Source: Octopus sinensis (Eukaryota). Taken from it: 64,000 nt of DNA. Of this stretch, positions 12,556-25,560 are shown piece after piece. The translations under genes were made by a program, and so were the position numbers. The DNA lies in assembly GCF_006345805.1 (NCBI RefSeq), contig NC_043000.1, positions 28,334,001-28,398,000 of the forward strand, read 5' to 3'. A model generated the notes under the pieces. It was not told the origin of the DNA. It worked only from the letters and a program-made list of their open reading frames with translations, and searched no databases. How positions within the stretch are numbered: the stretch's first letter is position 1; every line of letters begins with the position of its first letter.

Positions 12556-13159
12556 GTTTTCATATAATTTTCATCTTTAGTGGGGGAAAAGCGTCCATCA
12601 TTAAGACCTTTGCTTAAACCTTTGCCTGTCCAAAGTATTTTTGATATAATTCTTTTCCTAAACACCCAATCTTTTCTAACTTAGACTTACTTTTGCTTCA
12701 TGCGTACTCTGTAACATAAAGCTTACCTTTCATAAAAACCAAATTGGTAATGTGTGTCATATATGATGCATGGATGGACACCAAAGAAATATATCGTGTG
12801 TATCACACGTGATATGCAGGACAGTGTAAGGTTTAAGGCGATGTCGATGTTGTCATTGCAGTATGTCATGTCTCATTTTAACATAGTAAATTATGAATTC
12901 GTGTCAACGCATGCAGCTGTTTCCAAAGGATCAGGATTGTAGACTACACGTGAAATTATTGTTATCTTTTATATTCCACTTGTTTCAATCATTGGTTTGT
13001 GGCCATGTTGAAGCTCGTCATTGAAAGGTCTTAGTCGAACACATCGCCTCATGTACTAACGTTCTTTTAAGGAAGACACTTATGCAATCGTTCTTCTTTG
13101 TCGAACCAATAAGTTAAAAGGATGTAAACAAAGTAACATCACTTTGCAAATAATTGAGG

Positions 13160-13261
13160 TGACAAACACACACACAAAGTCACACACATATACACACACA
13201 CACACAAACATATTTATACAAACACACACATATATAAGCGCATATATGTGTGTGTGTGAGT

Positions 13262-13293
<32 letters not shown>

Positions 13294-13465
13294 AACTGTA
13301 TAATAATATTTCATTCTCCGATTTGGAGCGATAATTTATAAATACAAACAAATGATATATTTTTACACAGTTATCATACTATAAGCCTTCGATAGTAGCT
13401 TTCTCTCCGTAACTAACAAAGCCTTCCGCGTTTGTTTACAAATATTATATGTAGTATATATATAT

Positions 13466-13500
<35 letters not shown>

Positions 13501-13512
13501 CATATATGTATG

Positions 13513-13543
<31 letters not shown>

Positions 13544-13556
13544 ATATGTATGTATG

Positions 13557-13594
<38 letters not shown>

Positions 13595-13620
13595 AAGAAA
13601 GAGAGAGAGAGCGAGAGAGA
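13160..13620. repeat. (CA)/(TG)/(TA)/(GA) compound microsatellites
   Basis: Seen directly. Confidence 0.9.
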
Positions 13621-13667
13621 GATATGTATAGGCGTATTGTCACGTTTCTAAGAACCTGGATTTGCAG

Positions 13668-13751
13668 TCATGTGGCATCTGGTTCAATTGTACTACCGCA
13701 GAGCAGGCCAAACCCTTCTAAATGAATTTGCTAGACGAAAAACGTGCATAC
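13668..13751 (+). other. Candidate 84-nt internal exon (phase 1-1)
   Basis: gatttgCAG| ... |GTAAGT with the open frame MWHLVQLYYRRAGQTLLNEFARRKTCI. The donor could equally be a variant of the adjacent (GTAT)n array. Confidence 0.2.
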
Positions 13752-13756
13752 GTAAG

Positions 13757-13824
13757 TATGTATGTATGTATGTATGTATGTATGTATGTATGTATGTATG
13801 TATGTATGTATGTATGTATGTATT

Positions 13825-13858
<34 letters not shown>

Positions 13859-14186
13859 TGTATTTATATATGTATGTATGCGTGTATGTATGTATGTATG
13901 TATGTATGTATGTAGGCGGCGAGCTGGCAGAAACGTTAGCACGCCGGGCGAAATTTCGTCTGCCGCTACGTTCTGAGTTCAAATTCCGCCGAGGTCGACT
14001 TTGCCTTTCATCCTTTCGGGGTCGGTTAAATAAGTACCAGTTAAGCACTGGGGTCGATATAATGGACTTAATCCGTTTGTCTGTCCTTGTTTGTCCTCTC
14101 TGTGTTTAGCCCCTTGTGGGTAGTAAAGAAATATGTATGTATGTAGTATGTATGTATGTATGTATGTATGTATGTATGTATGTATT

Positions 14187-14220
<34 letters not shown>

Positions 14221-14492
14221 TGTATTTATATATGTATGTATGCGTGTATGTATGTATGTATGTATGTATGTATGTAGGCGGCGAGCTGGCAGAAACGTTA
14301 GCACGCCGGGCGAAATTTCGTCTGCCGCTACGTTCTGAGTTCAAATTCCGCCGAGGTCGACTTTGCCTTTCATCCTTTCGGGGTCGGTTAAATAAGTACC
14401 AGTTAAGCACTGGGGTCGATATAATGGACTTAATCCGTTTGTCTGTCCTTGTTTGTCCTCTCTGTGTTTAGCCCCTTGTGGGTAGTAAAGAA

Positions 14493-14494
<2 letters not shown>
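13757..14494 (+). repeat. Tandem duplication (period ~362 bp) of a (TATG)n array plus S2 SINE
   Basis: The SINE starts at 13914 and at 14276 with apparently identical sequence and the same microsatellite interruptions. Confidence 0.9.
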
Positions 14495-14523
<29 letters not shown>

Positions 14524-14827
14524 TGTATGTATGTGTGTGTGTGTGCTTGCGTGTCTGTCTTAGTCGCACACGTGCATACACACATACCACCGCATAACAA
14601 CCGGTACAGGTTTGTTTGCCTCCCGTAAATCAGTGGTTCAGTGAAAGAGACTCATTGAATAAACTGCAGGTTTAAAAATAAAAACATAAGCACTATATTT
14701 TGTTCGACCAACTATCTTCATGGCCATACTCCAGTATGGCCGGTTGCCCAATTACCGAAAGAATTTTAAAAAACAGGTATATATATATATACATATATAT
14801 ACATATATATATATACATACATATATT

Positions 14828-14955
<128 letters not shown>

Positions 14956-15992
14956 ATAAACGTTCTGAATTACGAAAATTATTCACTGTCGAGACAATTT
15001 AAAATAATTGCACGCAGGATGTTTTTCAGAGATGCGTTCTGCTTGAAAAGTATATAATCAGGTGTACCGAACGCCCCCAGAGCAGTATATTAATCAAATA
15101 AAATTATCTAATTGTAACGTCCAAGTCTTAAGATTCCATTATTTCTCGTCTTTATTTCAGCTTCTCATTATTTCTGTTTTGTATCACTTCCGTTGTGACA
15201 GTTCCTTTGGTCACAAGATGAACAAGCAAGCGCATTGGTGAGAACAAAGTTAGTAGCTTAATTAAAAGTATAAAGAACACAATAAAGCTAACACAACGGA
15301 AATAGCTACTATATATTTAGAATTATTAATCGAGTATTTACACATACAAACAATATAGTTGATAACTTTTCAGTTCATTGCTGTACTTTCAACAGGCCAT
15401 TGAAAAATTGCCAGTGAAAAAAATTTTTATGTTCAGCAATTTGCTTTATTTGAGTGAGAAATATAGAATTGCGTTCGAAACAAGTAGAAGGCCATTAGGT
15501 AGAGTGAGATAACGGGCGTGACATTTATTGCTAAGTACTATTAGTATATATATATATGTATGGGAGCTATTGAGATTCATATGGCAATGAAGCGTTGACA
15601 TCGCATCAATGTAAATCAGGTTTAGACTAATTCCCTTCGTTCTCTGTAGTTTGGCAATAAAGAGCGTAAACCAATTTTGATAATTAGGCAACTCAGAGGA
15701 TCGTTAGTTTGCTTGGTAAAAGAAATATGTTCTAAGTTTCTTCTGGCAAATATACGTGTTCGTGCGTATGTGTATGTGGTTCTGCGTGTGTGTATGCGTC
15801 TATATATATATATATATATATACACATACGTATATGTAAATATATAAATATGGCATATATATATATGAGTGTGTGCGTGTATGTGTATGAATATATATAT
15901 ATATAATATATATATAATATATATATATATTCATACACATACACGCACACACTCATATATATATATGCCATATTTATATATTTACATATACG

Positions 15993-16042
<50 letters not shown>

Positions 16043-16124
16043 GGTGTGTGTGTGTAGGTGTATGACATATATATATATGTCATATTTATATATTTACATA
16101 TACGTATGTGTATATGTGTATATA

Positions 16125-16176
<52 letters not shown>

Positions 16177-16504
16177 ATATATTATATATATATAGTCGAT
16201 TTGCTCGACTAAAGGTGGTTCTCCAGCATAGCCACAGTCAAATGACTGAAACAGACAAATGAGTAAAAGAGTAAAGAGTAAAGAGAATTCAGTCCCAGAG
16301 TAAGTCTGGCATATCATTGATTGTAAGTACACATAGTAATGTATAATTGATATGTTAAAAATAACAGAACAAAAATAGTTGACAGCAGAATACAGAAAAG
16401 AATAACGAATGTGAAACAGTTGATAATAGAAAACATTTGAGATTAATACTGCAGACATATTTGATATATATTCTCTGTACTCTTTACTCTTTTACTCATT
16501 AAGA

Positions 16505-16542
<38 letters not shown>

Positions 16543-16689
16543 AAATCAAATTGCGATAAAATAAATTAATATCGCTGGTATTTCTAGCACAAGCCATATA
16601 TTTTTCATATATCAGTACGTTAAGGCGAAATATGTGCTTGAAACACAGAAGCTAGATAAATTTAGTGAATATATATATACTCTCTTTAA

Positions 16690-16780
16690 AAGAAGACACT
16701 TTCCCAAGGTGCCACGCAGTGGGACTGAACCCTGAACCATGTGGTTGGTAAGCAATCTACTTACCACACAGCCACGCCTA
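16690..16780 (-). mobile_element. S1 SINE head
   Basis: Reverse complement ggcgtggctgtgtggtaagtagattgcttaccaaccacatggttcagggttcagtcccactgcgtggcaccttggg. Confidence 0.75.
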
Positions 16781-17518
16781 ACTTAAGCACCGTGGTTGAA
16801 TCGGGGGTAGCACACCGGTGCACCAACGATGTGTACTGACGTATACGTACCCACTAAAGTAAATACGTATCTGTCCTTCCAGTTATGCCCACATCCACGG
16901 GTACTCACACAATACACAACTCGTCTTCAAAGTCACACATGGGTGCACTCACTGCATGTATTCCACTGTAGATTATGGGCTACAGATCCAAACTTATGGA
17001 AGGTTCAGCGATACATGAAGAATAAAGAGTTACACATTTGGGCTGAGGATCACTACAGTTGTTTCTGACGTATTTGCTATTGATGCACAAAATGTGTTGC
17101 ATCATGCAAATATCGTTTTCAACGAGTAATTAAAGAGGAAATGTAACACTTAGAATTCCTCACAAATAGAACATAGTAAAAGACAACCCTTCCAACCAGG
17201 TTACCAGCCATAACATGATGGTCAACGATAAAGAAAACCTTTGAAACAGCTGTAGAAACCCTCGACCCACCTGTGTTATTGTACTATATATATGGAGCAA
17301 GTTTTTGAAACTTTCCCTGTCTGTACACATATAGATTCCCATTCCATTACCGAAAGCTGAACAGTTATCTCCCTTACCCACAACAACATTAATAACGGCA
17401 ACCAATTACCCCCCTTTATTTATCTACGCGTGAAGTCATTCACTCGTGAATTTCATCACACACAACATGGACAAAATTTCTTCTTAAGAAAAAATATATA
17501 TTCAAATAAGTAAAACAT

Positions 17519-17556
17519 AATATCATGAATTACGATAGCGAAACCGGTCGATATAT
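17519..17556 (+). other. Decayed type I hammerhead motif
   Basis: ATATC-atga-attacgatagc-GAAAC-cg-GTC-GATAT: perfect 5-bp stem I and a GAAAC..GTC cleavage context, but CTG is missing from the core and stem II is mutated. Confidence 0.4.
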
Positions 17557-18550
17557 TAAAAATTATATTAAAACTATGTAAGTGTGCGTATTTTCCTTTT
17601 TTTAATTTCTTATATATATATATATATATCCTGAGAACGAACCGTGGCTATCCATATAGTACCGATCTATACCATCGTCAGCGAGAGAATGAGTTAAATC
17701 TTTAGTAGAGAACTAATAGCGATTGATTCTATCACCGGAGAGAACATTAAGTAGATCCTTAATAGAAAGATCTACCTCGTTTCCTCTATTCCTCATACTT
17801 GGTCTACTAGAAGTGTGAGGTAAGTTTAACACAAAAAATGTAGGAGAAAACAAGATCATGATAATATGAGGACAAATAGAATCTCGCATCTGTTGCTAGA
17901 ATAAATAGACAGAGTTCTAGTGTTAGAGGAAGATATAGAGAAAGAATGACCAGTGCATGGTAGCGAGGGGAGTTGGTTAAGTGTTAATGACTGGGTAGCG
18001 AAGGGGTTGCTTAAGTGTTAATGACTGAAAAAAGAACATGTTTATTATGCATATATTGAAAGCGCAATGTTATTAGAATTATCAATTAGAGACAGCCACC
18101 GTGCTTAGAAGTAACATACAAGATAAAAAATACATTTTATCAACAGCAGTTTGATGTGGTGTCCGTTCGATATGTGTGGGAAGGAAGGCGTTATGCTAAA
18201 TTTAGCGGGGAGGCTATAGATTTGAGAAATAAATCAAGTACAATGTAAAAAAGCAACTAACTACAATGAGATTCTGAGAAAGTGAATGATTGTAACAATA
18301 AGGAAATCATATTGAAATTGTAAGTCAGTGGAGTTTAGGCGTATGGGTAAGTGTTGGAATAGAAGTTACAAAGCAGTAAAAATATGTAGATCCTAAATTT
18401 TGTACATTACCAGAGAATATCTCAAGTGGTTATTAAAATATATTAAGCAGTCACAAGAGAATAATATTTGGTTAAATCGCTGAAATGTAACTACAATCAG
18501 AATGGGTAGTAAAATTAAGAATTATGCAATATGGAATCATATCTATGTCT

Positions 18551-19326
18551 TTATTACCCACAAGGGGCTAAACATAGAGGGGACAAAAAAGGACAGACAA
18601 ATGGATTAAGTCGATTACATCGACCCCAGTGCGTAACTCGTACTTAATTTATCGACCCCGAAAGGGTGAAAGGTAAAGTCGACCTCGGTGGAATTTGAAC
18701 ACAGAACGTAACAGCAGACAAAATACCTATTTTTTACTACCCACAAGGGGCTAAACATAGAGGGGACAAACAAGGACAGACAAACGGATTAAGTCGATTA
18801 CATCGACCCCAGTGCGTAACTGGTACTTAATTTATCGACCCTGAAAGGATGAAAGGCAGAGTCGACCTCGGTGGAATTTGAACTCAGAACGTAACAGCAG
18901 ACGAAATACATATTTCTTTACTACCAACAAGGGGTTAAACATAGAGGGGACAAATAAGGACAGAAAACGGATTCAGTCGATTACATCGACCCCAGTGCGT
19001 AACTGGTACTTAATTTATCGACCCCAAAAGGATGAAAGGTAACGTCGACCTCGGTGGAATTTGAACTCAGAACGTAACAGCAGACGAAATACCTATTTCT
19101 TTACTACCCACAAGGTGCTAAACATAGAGAGGAGAAACAAGGACAGACAAAAGGGATTCAGTCGATTACATCGACCCCAGTGCGTAACAGGTACTTAATT
19201 TATCGACCCCAAAAGGATGAAAGGCAAAGTCGACCTCGGCGGAATTTGAACTCAGAAAGTATCGGCAGACGAAATACGGCTACGCATTTCGCCCGGCTTG
19301 TTAACGTTTCTGCCAGCTCGCCACCT
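18551..19326 (-). mobile_element. S2 SINE with a single head and four tandem ~183-184 bp bodies
   Basis: The anchor cccacaagg recurs at 18557, 18740, 18924 and 19107. The head (ggcgagctggcagaaacgttaac) occurs once, at 19270-19326. Confidence 0.9.
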
Positions 19327-20194
19327 TTTTTTATGTAATATGGAATCATTTCGAGTTCGACTAAGTGTACATTTGAAATAGAGGAAGCGAATAAAAATAT
19401 TGGATAGGTATACAGAAAGGTTGTTAAATGAAGGCTGGTGAATAAAATGGTGCATTACGTCTCTAAAGAAATTAAATAGATTAAATAAGCGCATGAAGAA
19501 GAGCTAGTTTAATATGTGCGTGAAAATTATGTGGAGGGATTCAGGGCACTACATTTACGTTTGTGAGAAAATCGATGTTTTGAAAGATATCGAACGGACA
19601 CCACAAGAGGTAAATGCCTCATTTCGCCTGCTTAATAACTGCAGTGGATTTGTATGCTTTTAAGCATAACCAACTCGCCCTTGGATGGAAAACCATTGTT
19701 GATGATACACCAAGTAATATCATATGGTATACTGATCTTCTTAAGATTATGAATGTGGTTAGCTAAGGAGATACGATTTTGTGCTTAGCAGATTTAAAAG
19801 AGTTCAGTTGAGCTTTATGTCGACGTTTACAAATGATAATTTGATGATTGTTAAGGACTTATAAAAAACATTAGACCTTCGGCAGTGGCCTTACAAGGGA
19901 CAGTTACTACGTATTTTAAAGTTGCATCTTTTCCCTTTAGAATCCTTTGTACAATGGATGTTATGAGCGTTACAATACTTATCTAGGGTTACATTGGCTC
20001 TACTAGATCCATGGCCGTCGTATATGCTATATTCTATAATATTGTCAGTGTTATATTTGCTATTATTATTGGTAGCAGTAGTATTAATATTAGCCGTAGC
20101 AGTAGTATCGGTAATACACAGAGGGGATATCTTGTTATAAGCGAGATTCATTACGTTAAGGTTTTTGGTATAACTATTAATGCTATAATTACTA

Positions 20195-20490
20195 CTACTA
20201 CTACTACTATCATTTTAACTCGGGTTTTGTTAGACCCCCTCGAGTTTTGCATGCATAGTGGGTTTGCTGTCTGCAGCCTACGGTACCATGCTATCGGTTC
20301 TTTTCAACTATTTAATACGCACCTGGTTATTCTGGCCGTGCCAAACAGACAAACCTTTTGTAATAGTTCTACTGGGCACTCTATTCCGATTTCCTTTTTA
20401 TTCTCCCTGGATGCCTTCTGACACTGTCCCCGAGAAACCAATAATTATTGGCACTATCTTCACATTCATTTATCATAGCCGAACTATTTC
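20195..20490 (-). mobile_element. Old R4/Dong-clade 3' remnant (subfamily D)
   Basis: Minus frames give VKIVPIIMGFSGTVS and ECPVELLQKVCLFGTARITRCVLNS*, the RLE C-terminal LQK..L.GTARI motif. It ends near a (TAG)n tract. Confidence 0.65.
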
Positions 20491-20587
20491 GTACTATTTA
20501 TCTATTTTTTGCTTTCCTTCGTGACTATTCGTGGGTCAAAAGAGCACACAACATCAACTATGTAACATATTATCATCATCCTCATCC

Positions 20588-20621
<34 letters not shown>

Positions 20622-20637
20622 TGTTATTATTATTATT

Positions 20638-20995
20638 CTATGTTTGACTTTTGCTTTATATTTGTACAAGTTGGCTCCAAGTCTCACCCAGAGACTTCAA
20701 GAGACAACAGGCTGGAAGTTCATGTTGTTGTTATGCCTAGTGTGCCATATATTTGGGGGGGGGGGGGAGTTTTTGGTGTTGTACTAATGAATGTCTAAAA
20801 AAAATTTTTTTTTTCTTTTTTTTTTTAAACCGAAAATTATGTTTGTTTTAAACCTTGAGATTACATAGAAAGTATTTTGCGTAGGATATGAGCAGTTCCC
20901 ATGAGCACTATCTCTTGAATTTCTGCCATTTTTTGGTTTCCTGGTATCTGAGTTAGGTAGCTATCAGCCCCTTTTGCTATCATTCCCAGGGCACC
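20638..20995 (-). mobile_element. R4/Dong subfamily A, 5'-truncated 3' end
   Basis: Near-identical to 21610-21960; flanked by short (ATT)n at left and long (ATT)n at right. Confidence 0.9.
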
Positions 20996-21071
<76 letters not shown>

Positions 21072-21497
21072 GAGCGAGAGAGCAGTGCATGCCATCAAAG
21101 TGACATTGGGTTAAAATATACGAAGCCCAGTATACCCATCATGACTACCCGTCTGATAAAGGTACACTAGGGACATGCAGCACAACCATACTTGCGCGAC
21201 ATGTTGATCACATATCAATTTGAATTATTCAAACCCCAAATAATCCATCTCAATACATGGTTATGATGCTCCCCCACTACTTCTGCTCGTGATCAGAGAT
21301 GCACATATCGTCAGCCACTAAGGGACATGCTCAACTAGTTAAGGTCAAACAACAGGCAAGCAAATCTGTGGCATTGAGCAGAATATTTGCTGTAGCCCAT
21401 TTTTTATACTAAGACAAAACAATGCACATGATAGCACTTCCAATCAGTTAAGATCAGAAGCCACGAGAGCCACCTGCCTGGTACTGCATCAGGGCAT
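21072..21497 (-). mobile_element. Element X, internally deleted copy
   Basis: Same termini as 27570-28124; flanked by (ATT)n and (TAG)n. Confidence 0.85.
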
Positions 21498-21577
<80 letters not shown>

Positions 21578-21609
21578 TCATCATCATTATTATTATTATT
21601 ATTATTATT

Positions 21610-24600
21610 CTATGTTTGACTTTTGCTTCATATTTGTACAAGTTGGCTCCAAGTCTCACCCAGAGACCTCAAGAGACAACAGGGTTGGAAGTTCATGTTG
21701 TTGTTATGCCTAGTGTGCCATATATTTGGGGGGTGGGGATGTTGTACTAATGAATGTCTAAAAAAAAAGTTTTTTTTTTTGTTTTTTTTTAAACCGAAAA
21801 TTATGTTTGTTTTAAACCTTGAGATTACATAGAGAGTATTTTGCGTAGGATATGAGCAGTTCCCATGAGCACTATCTTTTGAACTTCTGCCATTTTTGGG
21901 TTTCCTGGTATCTGAGTTAGGTAGCTTTCAGCCCCTTTTGCTATCATTCCCAGGGCATCTATGACAACAGGTATTGTTTTAGTCTTCAGCTTCCACATTT
22001 TGCTGATTTCTATTTCAAGATCTTTATATTTGCTCAGTTTTTGGTAGGTCTTGACAGATACGTTTATATCGATCGGGACAGTCATATCAATGAGGAGGCA
22101 TGTTCTTTGTTTGAAGTCTTTCAATATGATGTCTGGCCTATTTGCATCTATCTTCCTGTCAGTTTGAATGGTGAAGTTCCAGAGGAGTGAGATGTGGTCA
22201 TTTTCAAGCACTGGGGGTGGTTTGTGTTCCCACCAGTTTTTTTCATGGGGCAAATCCAGGTTTTTACAGATTACCCAGTGAATATATTGTGCAGCTCTAT
22301 CGTGCCTGTTGAGATACTCTGTAGGCGCTAGAAGACTGCACTTGGAGACCACATGGTCAATGGTTTCATTTTGTTGCTTGCATACACGACACGTTGGACT
22401 GCTTCTAAGCTTTAATATGTTGGCCTGGTAGTTTCTTGTTGGTAGACATTGATCTTGAGCTGCTATGATAAACCCCTCTGTTTCAGATTTTAAGCCAGAG
22501 GCCATTAGCCATTGATGGGTCAGGGCTTTGTCGATATCTGCATTATTCGCTCTCTGTGGGTATTTGCCATAGAGAGGTTTTTCTTGCCATTTATTATTCA
22601 GAATATCTAAGGCCGCAGTTTTGGCACGGGTTTTCATGCGCCTAGCTTTTTCTGTGCTTGTTTCTTGTATATCTATCTCTAATTCCGAATTGGTTGTATT
22701 CGGAATTCACTTAGATATTCCTTTGCCTGTTTTGTGACTGAGTATGATGCTTTCTTGTTTTCATGTTTTGAGACAAGTTTTAACATCCAGTCCTCAGAGT
22801 TTTTCAGGTAGGTGTCTAGGCCAATTGTAGCAATCTTCATTGTTATTGCCAGTTGCAAAAGACCACGGCCTCCCTCTTTTCTTGGCAGATAGAGTCGTTC
22901 TGTATCTGCCTTAGGGTGGTGCATTCTATGCATTGTCAACAGTTTCCTTATTTTTCTGTCGAGCTGACATATTTCAGTAATTGACCAGTTAACAATATTG
23001 AAACTGTAAGTCACGACTGGTATAGCTAATGCATTGATTGCTTCGATCCTGTTTCTTGCATTCAGCTCTGTCTTGAGTATTGCTCTCACTCTTCGATAGC
23101 ATTCTCTCCTGATCCTTTCCTTCATCTCTGAATGCCTTATTCCGTTCCCTTCAATTACCCCTAGGTACTTGTAGCTCTCCGCTGGGTCTAGTTCTTTTAT
23201 GACATTCTGTTGGTCAAGGTTAACGTTAGATGTTTCTGTCATTTTTCCTTTGATAAAGGTAGCCTTTGCACATTTATCGAGGCCGAATTGCATTCTGATG
23301 TCGTCACTGAATTGTTTGACTATCGCTAGTAAGCCCTTGAGTTGTTGATCATTTTTTGCAAAAAGCTTTAAATCATCCATGTAAACGAGATGATTTATAT
23401 TTTTATCAAACATTTTATACCCGTGCTGCGCGTCATTGAGCAGCTTTGAGAGAGGTATTAAGGATAAACAAAAGAGGAGTGGTGACAGTGAGTCACCCTG
23501 GAAAATGCCACACGAAATTTTTACATCACCAGCATTTAGGGATTCACTGTCACTGTTCAGAGTTAGTGTGGTTCTCCACGATCTCATACTTACAGTCAAG
23601 AAGTTTCGCAGAGTTGGTGCTATCTTATACATTTCAAGGCATTTCCTAATCCAGCTTTGTGGTAGGCTATCAAAAGCCTTTTTATAGTCTATCCAGGCTA
23701 TTGATAAGTTTTTGTGTCGTTTGTGACAATCTTCTAAGATCATCTTATTGATGAGTAGTTGGTCTTTACAGCCGTAGGATCCACGTTTACATCCTTTCTG
23801 TTCATTAGGTAATATGCTGCTGTCTGTTAAAAAACTATAGGTATATTCCGTCAGGACAGATGTTAGTGTTTTGTACATAGTTGTTAAGCAGGTTATGGGT
23901 CTATAGTTTTTTGGTTCATTTGTTTCTTCACTTTTTGGAAGCAGGAATGTTAACCCATTAACTAGCCAAGGAGGCATCCTACTAGGGTGTTGCAAAACAT
24001 CATTGTACAGTTATGTTAGCAGTTCATGGCTCTCTGGGAAGGCATTCAGCCAGAAGTTAGGAATTTTATCCTTTCCTGGAGACTTCCATTTGCTTGACCT
24101 CCTGAGAGCAGATCTTATATCTTCTACCTTGACACCCTCCCACTTTTGCTCTTCTAAGGGGTCCAGTTCTGTAGATATTCTGTCAATCCAGGGGGCCTTT
24201 TCGTTGTGTGTTTTTTCTTCTGCCCAGATTTTATTCCAAATCTCTGCACTTCTTCTTTTGATGGTACAGACCCTGCAGTAAACGCTGTTTTTCCTATCTT
24301 CCTGTAAAAATTCTTGGTGTTATTTTTGAACATGTTGTTGTCCTTGAAAAATCTAACACGCTTTTCATACCTCGCTATGCGGGCAGCTTTGGCAGATACC
24401 TTTTGTTTGATGGTTTCTATGGTGGCATCAATATCAAGTATAGTTTTCATATTGTATTTTTTCAGTAATTTTGGGGTTTTTGTAGGTTTGGTAGTCTTGT
24501 GAGCCTTAAGGTTTTGCAAATATTCAATGTCAGATCTAAATATTTTAATTTGTTGTTGCAGACGCTCTTGCCAAGAAGGCTTTTTGTGGGACTGTTGCCG

Positions 24601-25560
24601 TTTTCTAATCTTTACACCACATAGGATCGTTGAGATTTTCGCGGATGCATAGTATAGGTGGTTGAGGTTTGTGATATCAACATCATTAACTGAAATTATA
24701 TCCTTAAGTGCAAGCCGGATTTTACCAATTATTTTCATGTTTTGGTTAGAGTTGCGGATTTTAGGAAGTGTATCACGCTCATCCATGCTGGTTTCTTTAA
24801 TTTTCAGCCATTCAATCATGATTTGATTTTTTAGCTCATGTAGTTCTGTTGGGTCAATATTTGTGTGACTTTCTTTATCTATTTGATGCTCATCTGTCTT
24901 AGTGTTTATGATTGGTTCAGGGCGTATTTCACTTTGCCTATCACTTATACTAACTCTTTCAATCCTCTCTTCGTTTTTATCCGCCCTGGGCTGGTCTATA
25001 ATCATTTCCTCTGTATTATCTTCTCTAGCTGCAGCTTCGTTCATTTTATTCGATATTGCTTGTCTAACCTGATCAATCTCTACTTCAGTCAGTAATTTCT
25101 TTTTTATAATGTTTCTTCTAACATTGGCAAGCTTGTTACTGTCTATGTAGGGTCTTACTTCAGGGTGTTTCTGTCTCCAGTTTAAGTATGCTTGTACAGT
25201 GCTAGACTTATCTGTGGGGAAATATATGGCATGGTAGAAGGCCTCAAGAACTTCTTTATTATCTTCCCTAGACCATTTTTCCTTCTTTTTCTTTTGATTA
25301 TTTGGTGATGAGCATGGATGGCCATCTGTTGGAATATTCCGGTTGTGGGGTTCGTCCAGCTCCTGTGTGTTGGGAAGATTTGATCCAGTAACTGATTTTT
25401 CAATCAGGATTTGGTTCAATTTTCGGGTACGTGGTCTTTTGTAATCCGCGCAATGACCAATGCGGTTTATTGTTTGATTTGTTGACCTTGAAGCATGACG
25501 AGCATCCATTCTTATATTAGGAGATGGATATTAGGAGAGGGTTCACTACATGTAAGCATT
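21610..25560 (-). mobile_element. Near-full-length R4/Dong-clade non-LTR retrotransposon (subfamily A)
   Basis: A single long reading frame broken in two places, with RT, CCHC and RLE domains. The 3' end abuts (TAA)n. The 5' boundary is uncertain. Confidence 0.92.
21825..25509 (-). pseudogene. R4/Dong polyprotein (N-terminal region, RT, CCHC finger, restriction-like endonuclease); frameshifted
   Basis: ORF pieces 24154-25509, 22679-23995 (NYRPITCL, IDYKKAFDS, GIFQGDSLSPLLF, HLVYMDDLKL) and 21825-22637 (CRVC..ETIDHVVSKC, RPDIILKD..LIDMTVP..KLSKY, QKIVLMGTAHILRK). Confidence 0.9.

Noticed and set aside
15440-15730. Cluster of homeodomain-like sites (TAAT, TGATTTAC, TGACA) as an enhancer
   Set aside because: Such short motifs are expected by chance in AT-rich DNA, and no conservation data are available.
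16870-16960. Minus-frame CSEC...YCVSTRGCGHNW as a zinc-ribbon or PSI motif
   Set aside because: Two in-frame stops lie inside the motif.
18551-19270. Regular ~184-bp repeats as a CRISPR array or satellite
   Set aside because: There are no unique spacers, the context is eukaryotic, and the units are SINE bodies found dispersed elsewhere in the window.
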